A stretch of 64,000 nt of DNA. It comes from Candidatus Nanohalarchaeota archaeon (GTDB lineage Archaea > Nanohalarchaeota > Nanosalinia > Nanosalinales > Nanosalinaceae). The position numbers and the translations under genes were made by a program. This document shows positions 39,867 through 47,656 of the stretch, piece by piece (within the stretch, counting starts at the first letter, position 1; each line of letters starts with the position of its first letter). The stretch is from positions 512,001 through 576,000 of the forward strand of contig JALDAJ010000001.1 in NCBI GenBank assembly GCA_022729235.1. The letters run 5' to 3'. A model generated the notes under the pieces. It made no database searches. It saw only the letters and a program-made list of their open reading frames with translations, and was not told where the DNA came from.

Positions 39867-41771
39867 TCAGAGCCCGGGCATCACGTCGGCAACTATCTCT
39901 CTTATCATCGATCTTATCTCTTCATCCTGGAGAAGTTCCTGGATGAAATCTCTTGCCCGCGCCATCTGAATATCTTCCCCTACCTCTTCAACCACTGCGT
40001 GAGCCTCCTCTACTTCGTGTTCTTCCAGCAGAAGCCGTTCGGCTTCGTCAATCTGTTGAACATGTTCTTCTTCCAGTTCATCTCTATCTCTTAGTCTTTC
40101 AATATTCTGGTAAGTATCCTCCGCCATTTTAATTCTCTGCAGGTCTTCCTGGCCCTCCTTTGTCTCTCTCAGTTCTTCTAGTGTATTCTGGAACTCTGCT
40201 TCGGTTATCTCTCCTTCAGCTACTTGACCGGCTTCTTCATATGCCTGATCAAATAAGTCTTGAACTTCTTCCGATCTTTCGTATGTAAGTTCGTCTTCCA
40301 GTTCTTCAGGAAGTCCGTCTCTCTGGATCTGGCGTTCCATTCTCGTGTCCATCATTCTCACTGTTCTATCGTCTGTTTCTGCATATTTGCTCTCGATTCT
40401 CTCAATCTGTCGGTAGTACTGCATAATTTCTTGCATCTCTTCCTGGTGCTGATGCATCTGGTCGTTTAACTGTGAAAGTTCTCTTTCCGCGGCTCCAGTC
40501 TCTCCCTGATTCAGGAGGTATTCTACCTCGCTTTTCTGACTGCTTATGTCTTCAGATCCTTCTATACCGGCTCTTTCCATCTGCTCGATTCTCTCCTCCA
40601 TTTCTCCAAGGTTTCGTTGGATTTCATAGCTTTCTACTATGTTCCTGGCTTCAGCGACTTCGTAGTCTTCTAGATGGTTCTGCACATCCACTCTCATTTC
40701 CTGGACCTCGTCCTCTGATAGATCAGTTCTTCTTTCCAGTCTGTCCAGCTCGTCAAGGATGCGGTCCTCCGATCTCTCCTTTTCCTGGTGAATGTCGCAA
40801 CTTACAGGAATCTCCTCCCATCCAGGAGGTATAGGGTCATCTTCTTCCAGTTCCTCGCAGCTCCCGTCAGGACCTGCCGCGAAACGTCCATGTTCTAAGC
40901 CTTCGGGATCTCCTGCTATAGCTATCATTTCTCCATCTTCTACGCTTGTATCTGCTTCCCTGTCAGTTCTCAGGTCTAGGTGCTCTTTTGAACCTCTTCT
41001 TATGTCTGAATCGATTCTATTCCAGTCACCGCCTTCTATACGGTAGAAGCTTACGTCGGCGTGTCTCCGTGTTATGAAAAGGTCGTTGCTTGAAACCCAT
41101 GCGCTGGAAACGTCCGCATCGATGTAAAGCTCGATAACATCGAGATTTTCACCGGAGACCTCTACAACGCTGTAAACGACGAGATCATCAGGTAAATCAT
41201 AGTCTGTTTCCTCTTCCAGCTCTACTACTACACCTCCCCTATCTCTTGTATCTCTGGCAGGTTGAACGGTTACTTCATGCCACGCGGATATGGACTCTCC
41301 CAGTAACACTCCCGGTCTTTCACGCAGTTCTTCTCCTGAAACTGTTATCTCCGCACCTGAATCATGATAATCAACTTCGAAACCTTCAACGTCTGGATCG
41401 AAAACTGGCTCGGGTTCTGGTTCGTCAACTACTTCTTCGCCAGTTACATTTATGTCTTCAGAAAGACCGGTCACGGTGTCCGCATCGGCATCCATTACTC
41501 TAACTCTTAGCCTCTCCTCCTCGCCCGTAACCCGGTGCTGGAAGTATGGATCTCCGGTTCTGTAAGACTGACCGTCTATCCGGAAAATAAACCTGTAGTT
41601 TTCTTCCACGTCTTCAGGAAGATCTACACGGCTCTCAAGGATCTCTCCTATCTCATACTTTTCCTGGTCAAAAACCAGCTCAAAATCTTCTTCCTCGACT
41701 TCTGCTGTTGCTGAAAGAGTTAAAGCCAGTATGAAGATTCCAAGTACGGCTATACGTATTTTATATCTCAC
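39867..41771 (-). CDS. Secreted acidic protein: PGF-pre-PGF-like domain plus long helical/coiled-coil C-terminus
   Basis: Signal peptide, VSSAWV...SFYR...W, C-x10-PPGW-x5-C motif, helical repeats. Confidence 0.75.
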   Translation of the reverse strand: MRYKIRIAVLGIFILALTLSATAEVEEEDFELVFDQEKYEIGEILESRVDLPEDVEENYRFIFRIDGQSYRTGDPYFQHRVTGEEERLRVRVMDADADTVTGLSEDINVTGEEVVDEPEPEPVFDPDVEGFEVDYHDSGAEITVSGEELRERPGVLLGESISAWHEVTVQPARDTRDRGGVVVELEEETDYDLPDDLVVYSVVEVSGENLDVIELYIDADVSSAWVSSNDLFITRRHADVSFYRIEGGDWNRIDSDIRRGSKEHLDLRTDREADTSVEDGEMIAIAGDPEGLEHGRFAAGPDGSCEELEEDDPIPPGWEEIPVSCDIHQEKERSEDRILDELDRLERRTDLSEDEVQEMRVDVQNHLEDYEVAEARNIVESYEIQRNLGEMEERIEQMERAGIEGSEDISSQKSEVEYLLNQGETGAAERELSQLNDQMHQHQEEMQEIMQYYRQIERIESKYAETDDRTVRMMDTRMERQIQRDGLPEELEDELTYERSEEVQDLFDQAYEEAGQVAEGEITEAEFQNTLEELRETKEGQEDLQRIKMAEDTYQNIERLRDRDELEEEHVQQIDEAERLLLEEHEVEEAHAVVEEVGEDIQMARARDFIQELLQDEEIRSMIREIVADVMPGL

Positions 41772-41816
41772 AAATCAACTTGAGAGTTTGTTTTATTAAA
41801 AACCTGAGGAGGGATA

Positions 41817-41839
41817 TGGCGGGGGGGTGATTTGAACCC
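41817..41839 (-). repeat. tRNA-Pro 3'-end copy 1 (att-like, 19/23 match)
   Basis: TGGCGGGGGGGTGATTTGAACCC versus the tRNA's TGGCAGGGCTGGGATTTGAACCC; followed by TTATCACG as in copy 2. Confidence 0.75.
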
Positions 41840-41995
41840 TTATCACGACTGATTTAGTAAATCAGTCACGAATTAACGGTTTAATAAACGGCTAAGGCCG
41901 GATATTCAACCTATTAAGGCATGTTCTATGTCAGTATAGTTCGAAATAATCACGTGATTAACTCCTAATAGAACTCCTTGTAAAGCGAAACTTTC

Positions 41996-42217
41996 TCAGG
42001 GTAATAGGTCTTCAGTATTATCCGAATTAATTCCTTTTCTATCCATATACCATAATCCTGCTCTAGCAGCTATGCCTGCAACGATGAGACTTATAGCAAA
42101 TGTAGGGTCTCCACTAGCATCAAGCTCTCTACCTCTCCAACTTCCTTGTATAAGAACAATACCTAAAATTATAGGAACATAAGTCAGTCTTGTTATAGTG
42201 GTTTTGAGGAAGGACAT
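41996..42217 (-). CDS. Small two-TM protein in the AT-rich cassette
   Basis: 73 aa with two hydrophobic segments. Confidence 0.5.
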   Translation of the reverse strand: MSFLKTTITRLTYVPIILGIVLIQGSWRGRELDASGDPTFAISLIVAGIAARAGLWYMDRKGINSDNTEDLLP

Positions 42218-42400
42218 AGTATTGTTTTGAAGTATGAAAATTATCGCTTAAAAATATTTGTGATGAGGGAGCTATTTTCTATCATAATATGGAGTTTACT
42301 TAGAATTAATAGCTCCAATCATAGTCTATATGAATAATATTTAGCCTCTGAACTTGTACATAGATATTTTGGATTCTAATACAAAATAGTTATCATTCTT

Positions 42401-42682
42401 TCATTTTGAGGTTGCAATCTTTAGTGTAAAAGCTATAGGTAGGATAAAAACGCCTATCATGGAAAAAACAAAGACAGCTATACCTAGATAGATATTAAGG
42501 TGCATGATAAGTCCACTTAACATTGCTAGAGCTATTATAGTCAAATGGTATTTGAAAGCATATTTGGAATGCTTTTTAGCGTATTCGCTTTCACTGATAA
42601 AATATATGGCGGCTGGAAGGATTACAGGAGCAAACCATATTGAAAAATGGCTAAGAATTGAAATCAGTTTTTCATTCTCCAT
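42401..42682 (-). CDS. DUF4870-like small membrane protein
   Basis: LSHFSIWFAPVILP..IYF...YAKKHSKYAFKYH; basic composition unlike the host proteome. Confidence 0.7.
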   Translation of the reverse strand: MENEKLISILSHFSIWFAPVILPAAIYFISESEYAKKHSKYAFKYHLTIIALAMLSGLIMHLNIYLGIAVFVFSMIGVFILPIAFTLKIATSK

Positions 42683-42772
42683 GAATAATCAGACTTTTTT
42701 CATGATTTAAATAACCTGATTTCTAGCTTCCAGAGTTTTCGAGTTAGAGGTCTTGATACTGGTTAATTTGGT

Positions 42773-42795
42773 TGGCAGGGCTGGGATTTGAACCC
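42773..42795 (-). repeat. tRNA-Pro 3'-end copy 2 (exact 23/23, att-like)
   Basis: TGGCAGGGCTGGGATTTGAACCC identical to 43626-43648. Confidence 0.9.
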
Positions 42796-42871
42796 TTATC
42801 ACGGCTAGGGATGAGTTCCAAGGCGTAGTTATTTATTATTTTATGACATCATTATAAACTGTGATAAACTT

Positions 42872-43117
42872 ATGCCGACTGTCAGTGTAAACATCCCTGA
42901 GAAAATGAAGGAAAAGATGAAGGAACTGAGCGAGGAAGGGATGTATCAGAATGAATCTGAGTACATCCGTGAAGCTCTTAGGAACAAGATCATGTCTGAT
43001 ACTGGTTTGACTCCTGAAGAGGAAGAACTAGTTGTAGAAAGACTTCAAAGAATGGATGAAAGAGAGAAAAAGGGTAAAACTCTGGAAGAGCTGTCCGAGG
43101 AACTTGGTTTAGAATAG
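42872..43117 (+). CDS. Ribbon-helix-helix antitoxin
   Basis: TVSVNIPE..K.....G.Y.N.SEYIREALR; C-terminal KTLEELSEELGL. Confidence 0.85.
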   Translation: MPTVSVNIPEKMKEKMKELSEEGMYQNESEYIREALRNKIMSDTGLTPEEEELVVERLQRMDEREKKGKTLEELSEELGLE

Positions 43118-43414
43118 ATGGAGTTAGTTGTAGAGCCTGAAGCTGAAGATGACTTGACGCAGTTTAAAGAAGAGCATCAGCAGTATGTATTGGAGCAGTT
43201 GAAAGAATTGAAACAAAGTCCTACTGGTCATGAAAGTTCTGATACCATCCGTGTTAAGGGAAGACCTGTGTTCAAATATAAGATGAAGGAGGGTGATAGA
43301 GGTGGTAAAGATTTTAGGGCTGTCTACGATATAATTGATAGTGAGGTCCGAGTTGTAGCTATTTTCCATAGAGATACAGGTTATGACAAGGAAGAGCTGT
43401 CTGAAAGGCTTTAA
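43118..43414 (+). CDS. RelE/ParE-family toxin
   Basis: EPEAEDDL, DFRAVYDI...V.VVAIFHRD.GY; abuts the antitoxin. Confidence 0.85.
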   Translation: MELVVEPEAEDDLTQFKEEHQQYVLEQLKELKQSPTGHESSDTIRVKGRPVFKYKMKEGDRGGKDFRAVYDIIDSEVRVVAIFHRDTGYDKEELSERL

Positions 43415-43500
43415 ACTCGTTTAAGTTATTTATCTATTTCTCTTTGGCGGAAAAAACTAGTTTTTTCTTTTCAGAAGGATTAATAATAGAAAAAATGCGT

Positions 43501-43625
43501 TAGCAGAGCTGGGATTTGAACCCCAGCCGCAAATCGGAGATTTGCTTGACGGCATCAAATCTTGGGCAGGGCCGCGATTTGAACTCACGCGAAAATCGAA
43601 GATTTTCTAAGTGGTTCTAAATCCA
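43501..43625 (-). repeat. Two tandem ~62-bp palindromic units, each starting with a tRNA 3'-end copy
   Basis: Copies at 43501 (21/23) and 43564 (19/23), each followed by a 7-bp GNA-loop hairpin (43529-43545, 43591-43607) and a closing TCAAATC/TAAATC arm. Confidence 0.8.
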
Positions 43626-43698
43626 TGGCAGGGCTGGGATTTGAACCCAGGTCCGTACCGCCCCGGGGTACGATGATAGTCCACTACACTACCCCGCC
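43626..43698 (-). tRNA. tRNA-Pro (anticodon GGG), CCA not encoded
   Basis: Cloverleaf: GGCGGGG-TA-GTGTAGTGGACTATCAT-C-GTACC-CCGGGGC-GGTAC-GGAC-CTGGG-TTCAAAT-CCCAG-CCCTGCC-A. Confidence 0.9.
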
Positions 43699-43855
43699 AA
43701 AATCACCTTACGCGATTTTGTGTGGATACAAAAACTCTCGCGAGTTTCGCACCCGCCGAACTTCTGAACTCGAAGACCTAGAGAGTCTTCTGTGACCAGC
43801 AACCTCGGAGAGGTTGCGGAGGTTCGATCATCATAAGGCATTCAAAGAATGCCTT
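43699..43855. repeat. Cluster of five short inverted repeats on the 5' side of the tRNA
   Basis: Hairpins at 43699-43719, 43732-43747, 43772-43790, 43799-43817 and 43835-43855. Confidence 0.75.
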
Positions 43856-43911
43856 CCAGTAGGATAGTCGCAGAGTAAAATTTTAAACGTGACCGCGGTC
43901 TTCTCGGATTC

Positions 43912-44295
43912 ATGAGACTCCTCTATATCTGCACCGGTAACTCGTTCAGGAGTCCGGTTGCTGAGGCGTTGACGAGGAAGTACCACCCAGACTGGGAAGT
44001 AGAGTCTGCGGGGACGGATGCTGTTGACCATGTCGCTGAAAATGCGAGGGTCTTGTTAGAGCAAGAAGAGGCTCTAGAATATGTGAAGCCGTCGCCGGAC
44101 CAGGTATCACAGCGAGCCGTCAGTGAGGCGGATTTGATTGTGGTGATGATGCCCTTGCATAAGGACTTCCTGCAGGAGAACTTTGACGCCGATGATAAGA
44201 TCGAGGTCTGGAGCATCGAGGACCCGATAAATCCGGGTGTGGAACCGGAGGAAGCTTTCAGGGAGATAAAGAAGAGAGTTGAGTCGATGGATTAG
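43912..44295 (+). CDS. Low-molecular-weight phosphatase / arsenate-reductase family protein
   Basis: ICTGNSFRSPVAE (CxGNxxRS), SAGT, WSIEDP. Confidence 0.88.
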   Translation: MRLLYICTGNSFRSPVAEALTRKYHPDWEVESAGTDAVDHVAENARVLLEQEEALEYVKPSPDQVSQRAVSEADLIVVMMPLHKDFLQENFDADDKIEVWSIEDPINPGVEPEEAFREIKKRVESMD

Positions 44296-44302
44296 AGAGT
44301 GC

Positions 44303-46198
44303 TTATCCGAGTTCGGATTTCCCGGGAGGAAGCGCCCGGATAATATAATCCAGGTCTAGTTCATATCCGTCATCGTAGAGATGCGACTGTATTTTTTTCG
44401 CGACCTCTGACTTCTTTTCCTGCCCGGGCTTCAGATCTACTGCTGCAGGGCAGTTTTCTCTAATTGCATCTCCCGGTCCACATATAGGTACGTGGGTGCC
44501 GTTCTCCATCTCATACGGTCCTATAGACGCCTCAACGGATACATTCCTGAGGTACTCCCGATCACCTCTTATGACGAACGCACCTTTCTTCAGGTACTCG
44601 CCCGGCTCCGGCTCCTTCGTGACCTGTTCTGGCTCTACATAGTAAGCTGAGCCGGAGGTTATACCTGCCTTCCAGTTCCTGGAAAATGTCACTGCTGCCG
44701 CAGCCGCTTCTTCGAGTGTTTTCTCATCAGCTTCCTGCCCGTCCTTCACGACAACGCTGGGACCGCCTTCGAAGTCGGCGTGGAAGTAGAAATCGTTTGG
44801 TTCCATGTGTTTCTTGACCAGCATCTCGTTGGTCTGCGCGTCTCTACCGATTAACACAAGATATTCTCCTGAGGAGTAGAACCAGCGGTACTTCTCGAAC
44901 CACTGCTTGGAACGTTTATCGGACTTGTCCTCCATGGATTCTTCGACTTCCACAGTTTCCTTTTCCAGTTCTTCAAGCTTCTTCTCGGTCTCTTCAAGCG
45001 CTTCCCGGGCATTCTCCATCTTTTCCTCGGACGCCTTCGCCTTGTCGTAGTACCGTGATGCTGTCGCTTCAAGGTCTTCGAAAGGTTCTACGCGGATGTT
45101 CATATCGCCGACCTCGACTGTCACGAACTTTTCCTGTTGATTGAATCCTTTGATACGCTCTGCTTCATCATTTTCTGATTCCCTGATTCTTTCCTCGGTC
45201 TCGTCCCAGTCATGTTCTTCGATACCGCTCTCGATGCTATGCTTTATTGATTCCAGTAACTGGTAGTTCTTGTATATCATCTCCGCCTTCTCACGGTTCT
45301 CCTCGCTTGACTTCTCCAGTCCTTCTATCTTTCTCTCCTGCTGTTCCTTCTGTCTCTCCAGTCCCTGTTTTTTCTCCTCATAGACCGCCTGCTTCTTCTG
45401 TTTCTTTTCTTTATGCTCTCTGCGGTAGAAGTATTCGTCCAGTGCTTCTGAGAACGAGTCGAATCCTTCTCTCTCGTGATCGCCGTAATTCTCAAGCGGG
45501 AACGGTGCTGCCCGGACAGGTTTTTCTCCTTCCAGGTACATCACAGGATTGATTTCCGATTTCAGTATCTCGGAGATAACCTCCTTTACCTGATTCTTTT
45601 CCTCTCCTGAGAGATCTGCTACTTCCCTGTCTTTCTCTACACCTGCTCTTGCACAGATCTCTTCGGCGTAAGTCCCTCCGAGCGATAGATCGGATGCAAG
45701 TTTTCTCACGAGTTCACCATCTCCCATCAACTCGAAGTAATCTTCTTCTCGTGGATCGTTCGCGGGCTCCGGCGGGTGGTATTCCTCGCCCACCACTACG
45801 GCTCTATCGGCGTATTCCTCCTGCCTTACTGCACCTATCACTTTTCCGTCATCGATGAGAACTACATTTCCCTTGCCGAACATCTCCGCGACCAGTTTCT
45901 TGTCACCGCTCTCGATTTCCAGTATCCGGTCGAACCCGCGTTGCTCTATCGAGTCAACGCGTCCGAGGTGCTTCCTCAGCTCCATCGCAAATCCAGGTGG
46001 ACGCTCCGGGTTGTCGCGTTTGTACTTCGAGATAAAGGTGTATGAGGGACCGATTATCATCCGTTTCTTCTCGTCGCCCGGCACGTAAATCTCCAGCGTC
46101 AGTTCGTTATCGCGCTGGTACACCTGCTGTACGAAGCCTTCCTCCAGCTCCTTCAGCTCTTCCATCAGGATGGAAAGGTCGAGACTGGTTATCTCCAT
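44303..46198 (-). CDS. rqcH: Ribosome quality-control factor RqcH/Rqc2 (NFACT)
   Basis: FAMELRKHL, FDRI, EMFGKGN, WFEKYRWF, GRDAQTNE, GEYLKKGAFVIRG. Confidence 0.93.
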   Translation of the reverse strand: MEITSLDLSILMEELKELEEGFVQQVYQRDNELTLEIYVPGDEKKRMIIGPSYTFISKYKRDNPERPPGFAMELRKHLGRVDSIEQRGFDRILEIESGDKKLVAEMFGKGNVVLIDDGKVIGAVRQEEYADRAVVVGEEYHPPEPANDPREEDYFELMGDGELVRKLASDLSLGGTYAEEICARAGVEKDREVADLSGEEKNQVKEVISEILKSEINPVMYLEGEKPVRAAPFPLENYGDHEREGFDSFSEALDEYFYRREHKEKKQKKQAVYEEKKQGLERQKEQQERKIEGLEKSSEENREKAEMIYKNYQLLESIKHSIESGIEEHDWDETEERIRESENDEAERIKGFNQQEKFVTVEVGDMNIRVEPFEDLEATASRYYDKAKASEEKMENAREALEETEKKLEELEKETVEVEESMEDKSDKRSKQWFEKYRWFYSSGEYLVLIGRDAQTNEMLVKKHMEPNDFYFHADFEGGPSVVVKDGQEADEKTLEEAAAAAVTFSRNWKAGITSGSAYYVEPEQVTKEPEPGEYLKKGAFVIRGDREYLRNVSVEASIGPYEMENGTHVPICGPGDAIRENCPAAVDLKPGQEKKSEVAKKIQSHLYDDGYELDLDYIIRALPPGKSELG

Positions 46199-46246
46199 AG
46201 AAGAAGTTTCGGGGATGAGCTACAAAAACGTAAGTCCGAAAGAAGC

Positions 46247-46783
46247 CTATTCAAACATCTCGATTCCTTCCTGCTGTCCGTCTCTTCCTTTCTGCTCGTT
46301 CTCGTACTGGTGCTTGAACTCGTCCACATCCTCCAGTTCGAAGTACTCCAGGAAGTGGTCGGTCACGTCCAGAATCGCGGTTCTGCCGTCCTTTTCTTTA
46401 CCCACAAAACCGCGTTTGACAAGCTCCTTGATGTGCTGGTATGCCCGGTTACCCCTGATCTCGACTATGTCTGCCTGCTCCACGGGTGCGTTGTAGGCTA
46501 CCAGAGAGAGCGTCCTCAGTTGACCTTCGTTAAGGTCCTGGTGTGGTGCGAGGTGTGATACGTGCTCCAGGTGATCCTTCTTCACTTTAAGTTCGTAGCC
46601 TTCAGGCGTCTCCACGAGCTCCAGTCCGCGGTGATCTTCGTCCAGTTCGTCTTGATACTCGTCTACAAGCATGTCAACGTAACCCATCGACCCGAGATCG
46701 AGTATGTCCGCAATCCGTTCGTTGTCTATCGGCTCGTCCGCGAGAAAAAGTGCTGCCTCTAACCTGGCTTTTTTGTCTTCCAT
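46247..46783 (-). CDS. scpB: SMC kite subunit ScpB
   Basis: LEAALF, LRTLSLVAY..PV.QADIVEIRG, T..FLEYF.L. Confidence 0.9.
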   Translation of the reverse strand: MEDKKARLEAALFLADEPIDNERIADILDLGSMGYVDMLVDEYQDELDEDHRGLELVETPEGYELKVKKDHLEHVSHLAPHQDLNEGQLRTLSLVAYNAPVEQADIVEIRGNRAYQHIKELVKRGFVGKEKDGRTAILDVTDHFLEYFELEDVDEFKHQYENEQKGRDGQQEGIEMFE

Positions 46784-46814
46784 ATACGATTCTTTGGCTC
46801 TGGTATTGAAAAAC

Positions 46815-47528
46815 CTAGTTGGCAACTTCGTCTTCTGGCTTCACGTGTAGGTCGCCGAGGAACTCTTCCTGTATGCACTGCACTTTCTTGTCGTTTTCCA
46901 GGTGGAGAACGTGCATGAATTTCTCTATCCGCTCCTCATTGCTGTTTTCTTCAAGTAGCCGGGAGAACTCTATCTTATCCTTTGAGGACACCATGTTTCT
47001 TACCCGGGAGAAAAGCGAGTTTATCTTATCATTAAGCGTTTCTTCCTGCATCTCGAACTGCTGGTCTATCTCGTGGCGTTCCTCCTGCCTCTCTTCTCTC
47101 CTCTCCTTGACTTCTAGCGCGTCTTCAAGCGCGCCTTTCAACTCGTCAAGCTCCATCCTGCGTTTTGGTCGTGCCTTGACCGGCATCTCGAGTTCAGGTC
47201 CTGTTTCAAGACCGGGACCTTCATTTTCTTCCTCGAAGACATCATCGAGGTCGCCCTCGAAGTCCATAGGATTCTCCTGTGGTTCTTCCTCCTGTAATGG
47301 GTCTTCTCCGTCGATAGCCATCGACTTCATGTTCAATAATGCGGCGCATATCCTGATGGCACGCGCGGATACAGTTAAGTCTAGCTCCTGTAATTCTTCG
47401 ATGTATTCCCTGTATCGACTTGCCAGGACCGTGATATCGACATTATGCGGGTCCATGTCCCGGGTCAGAAGTTCAAGAGTCTCCTCCCAGGGCTGTTCCT
47501 TCAGTACCTGAGCTTCGTGCTGTTCCAT
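46815..47528 (-). CDS. scpA: Kleisin ScpA
   Basis: MDPHNVDI..L...Y, AALLNMKS, R.MELDEL..AL, FMHVLHL, QEEFLGDL. Likely start MEQHE at 47528. Confidence 0.9.
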   Translation of the reverse strand: MEQHEAQVLKEQPWEETLELLTRDMDPHNVDITVLASRYREYIEELQELDLTVSARAIRICAALLNMKSMAIDGEDPLQEEEPQENPMDFEGDLDDVFEEENEGPGLETGPELEMPVKARPKRRMELDELKGALEDALEVKERREERQEERHEIDQQFEMQEETLNDKINSLFSRVRNMVSSKDKIEFSRLLEENSNEERIEKFMHVLHLENDKKVQCIQEEFLGDLHVKPEDEVAN

Positions 47529-47545
47529 TATTTGGGCCCTCCTAG

Positions 47546-47656
47546 AGACCCTTCCCCCGCAAATTCCAAAGGAATTTGCTATAAGGAGCAACGTGTTGCC
47601 ACGATGCTCCGCCGCATAGCAGAATTGGAGACAGGGATATTTAACTACAGGGGTCT
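47546..47656. repeat. Nested inverted-repeat element between smc and scpA
   Basis: GCAAATTCC-AAA-GGAATTTGC (47559-47579), GGAGCA/TGCTCC (47585-47610), outer AGACCC/GGGTCT. Confidence 0.6.

Larger units (their letters stand above)
41817..43523. mobile_element. tRNA-Pro-anchored islet of two cassettes delimited by tRNA 3'-end repeats
   Basis: Abrupt AT enrichment, repeats at 41817, 42773 and 43501, cargo of a TA pair and small membrane proteins. No integrase in the window. Confidence 0.65.

Noticed and set aside
43501-43648. CRISPR array (23-nt repeat with ~40-nt spacers)
   Set aside because: Only three adjacent copies, the repeat is the tRNA 3' end itself, the spacers are self-complementary and related, and there are no cas genes in the window.
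41817-43698. Classical integron or split tRNA genes
   Set aside because: No intI and no RYYYAAC/GTTRRRY attC boxes. The fragments cover only the T-loop and acceptor strand, with no matching 5' halves or bulge-helix-bulge leaders.
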